This document shows positions 34,072 to 34,369 of a DNA stretch of 34,369 bases, one piece after another; within the stretch, counting starts at the first letter, position 1; each line of letters begins with the position of its first letter. The notes beneath the pieces are model-generated. The model did no database searches and was not told the DNA's origin. It saw only the letters and a list, made by a program, of their open reading frames with translations. The translations under genes were made by a program, and so were the position numbers. The stretch is from Candidatus Woesearchaeota archaeon (GTDB taxonomy: Archaea > Nanobdellota > Nanobdellia > Woesearchaeales > JAADFO01), in assembly GCA_016926055.1 (NCBI GenBank), contig JAFGPE010000026.1, positions 1-34,369 on the forward strand. Direction: 5' to 3'.

Positions 34072-34369
34072 TCAACCTGTGTTTGATCCAGTGAACTGGA
34101 ATGTCACGTTGGAATGTCCTGTTGTTGCGTCCTGTGGAACCCCTACCATGACATAGACACCGACACTGTTTGCCGTTATGTTTGCAGTGAGATTGCCGCA
34201 GATTGAGTATTTTGTTCCTCCCGTTATGTTCTGCCATGTGTTCCAGTTAGAGGCATTATAACCGAGTATCGTGTTGTTGAAGCAGCCGTTGGCATATCCT
34301 GTGGCATAGCCGAGCCGTGAGGAGTATGCTATATACGAGCTGGCGCTTGAGCTTGGCAGGAATGTTCCT
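34072..34369 (-). CDS. 3' end of a secreted G/T/N/S/Y-rich protein (partial; continues beyond the window)
   Basis: My own translation of the minus strand is open for 98 codons to TGA at 34072-34074: ...SYIAYSSRLGYATGYANGCFNNTILGYNASNWNTWQNITGGTKYSICGNLTANITANSVGVYVMVGVPQDATTGHSNVTFQFTGSNTG. It is almost uncharged, has several sequons, and is pilin- or S-layer-like in composition only. Confidence 0.55.
   Translation of the reverse strand, partial: GTFLPSSSASSYIAYSSRLGYATGYANGCFNNTILGYNASNWNTWQNITGGTKYSICGNLTANITANSVGVYVMVGVPQDATTGHSNVTFQFTGSNTG

Noticed and set aside
1-34369. Window-wide look for CRISPR arrays, rRNA genes, transposases/integrases, reverse transcriptase (DGR) and long tandem nucleotide repeats.
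   Set aside because: None recognised. The repeats in the giant genes are diverged at the nucleotide level except for the 28-mer pair. The only exact intergenic repeats found are the 17-mers at the polB end and the 9-mers at 13240/13272.

Overview
Archaeal chromosomal window. The gene content fits a small-genome, DPANN-like uncultivated archaeon, but that placement is inference. All family calls come from motif recognition by eye; no searches were run. Coding is dense and mostly on the minus strand. Left to right: (1) a DUF4258-like/DUF2283 two-gene module. (2) A 59-aa ORF missing from the ORF track. (3) A complete nine-gene A1Ao ATP synthase operon in the archaeal order atpH-I-K-E-C-F-A-B-D (9520 down to 1157). 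(4) A radical SAM/SPASM-like enzyme with a downstream wHTH protein. (5) ftsZ. (6) A nucleotidyltransferase + HEPN pair lying between two perfect 17-bp direct repeats that duplicate the last codons of the adjacent family B DNA polymerase gene. (7) An overlapping chain of thioredoxin reductase, MBL-fold hydrolase and GT2-TPR glycosyltransferase. (8) A divergent PEPCK/HprK-fold P-loop protein. (9) A parvulin PPIase. (10) An AT-rich orphan gene. (11) tRNA-Gly(CCC) with a 32-nt intron in the T-loop. (12) RNase P protein Rpp30, overlapped by a ThiI-like THUMP protein with a degenerate PP-loop. (13) Archaeal MBF1. (14) A >9-kb six-gene minus-strand locus of secreted or membrane proteins, dominated by two translationally coupled cadherin-like repeat proteins (about 1350 and 849 aa) that are very rich in N-glycosylation sequons. 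I recognised no rRNA, CRISPR array, transposase or integrase. Two start-signal types recur: TATA boxes about 22-25 nt upstream of ATG (leaderless-type) and GGTGA-N4-5-start Shine-Dalgarno sites. Several longest-ORF starts in the track (TTG/GTG) were revised on that basis. The best candidates for something new are the surface-protein locus, the repeat-bounded MNT-HEPN cassette at the polB 3' end, the PEPCK-like protein, the ThiI-like pseudoenzyme and the single-carboxylate duplicated rotor subunit.
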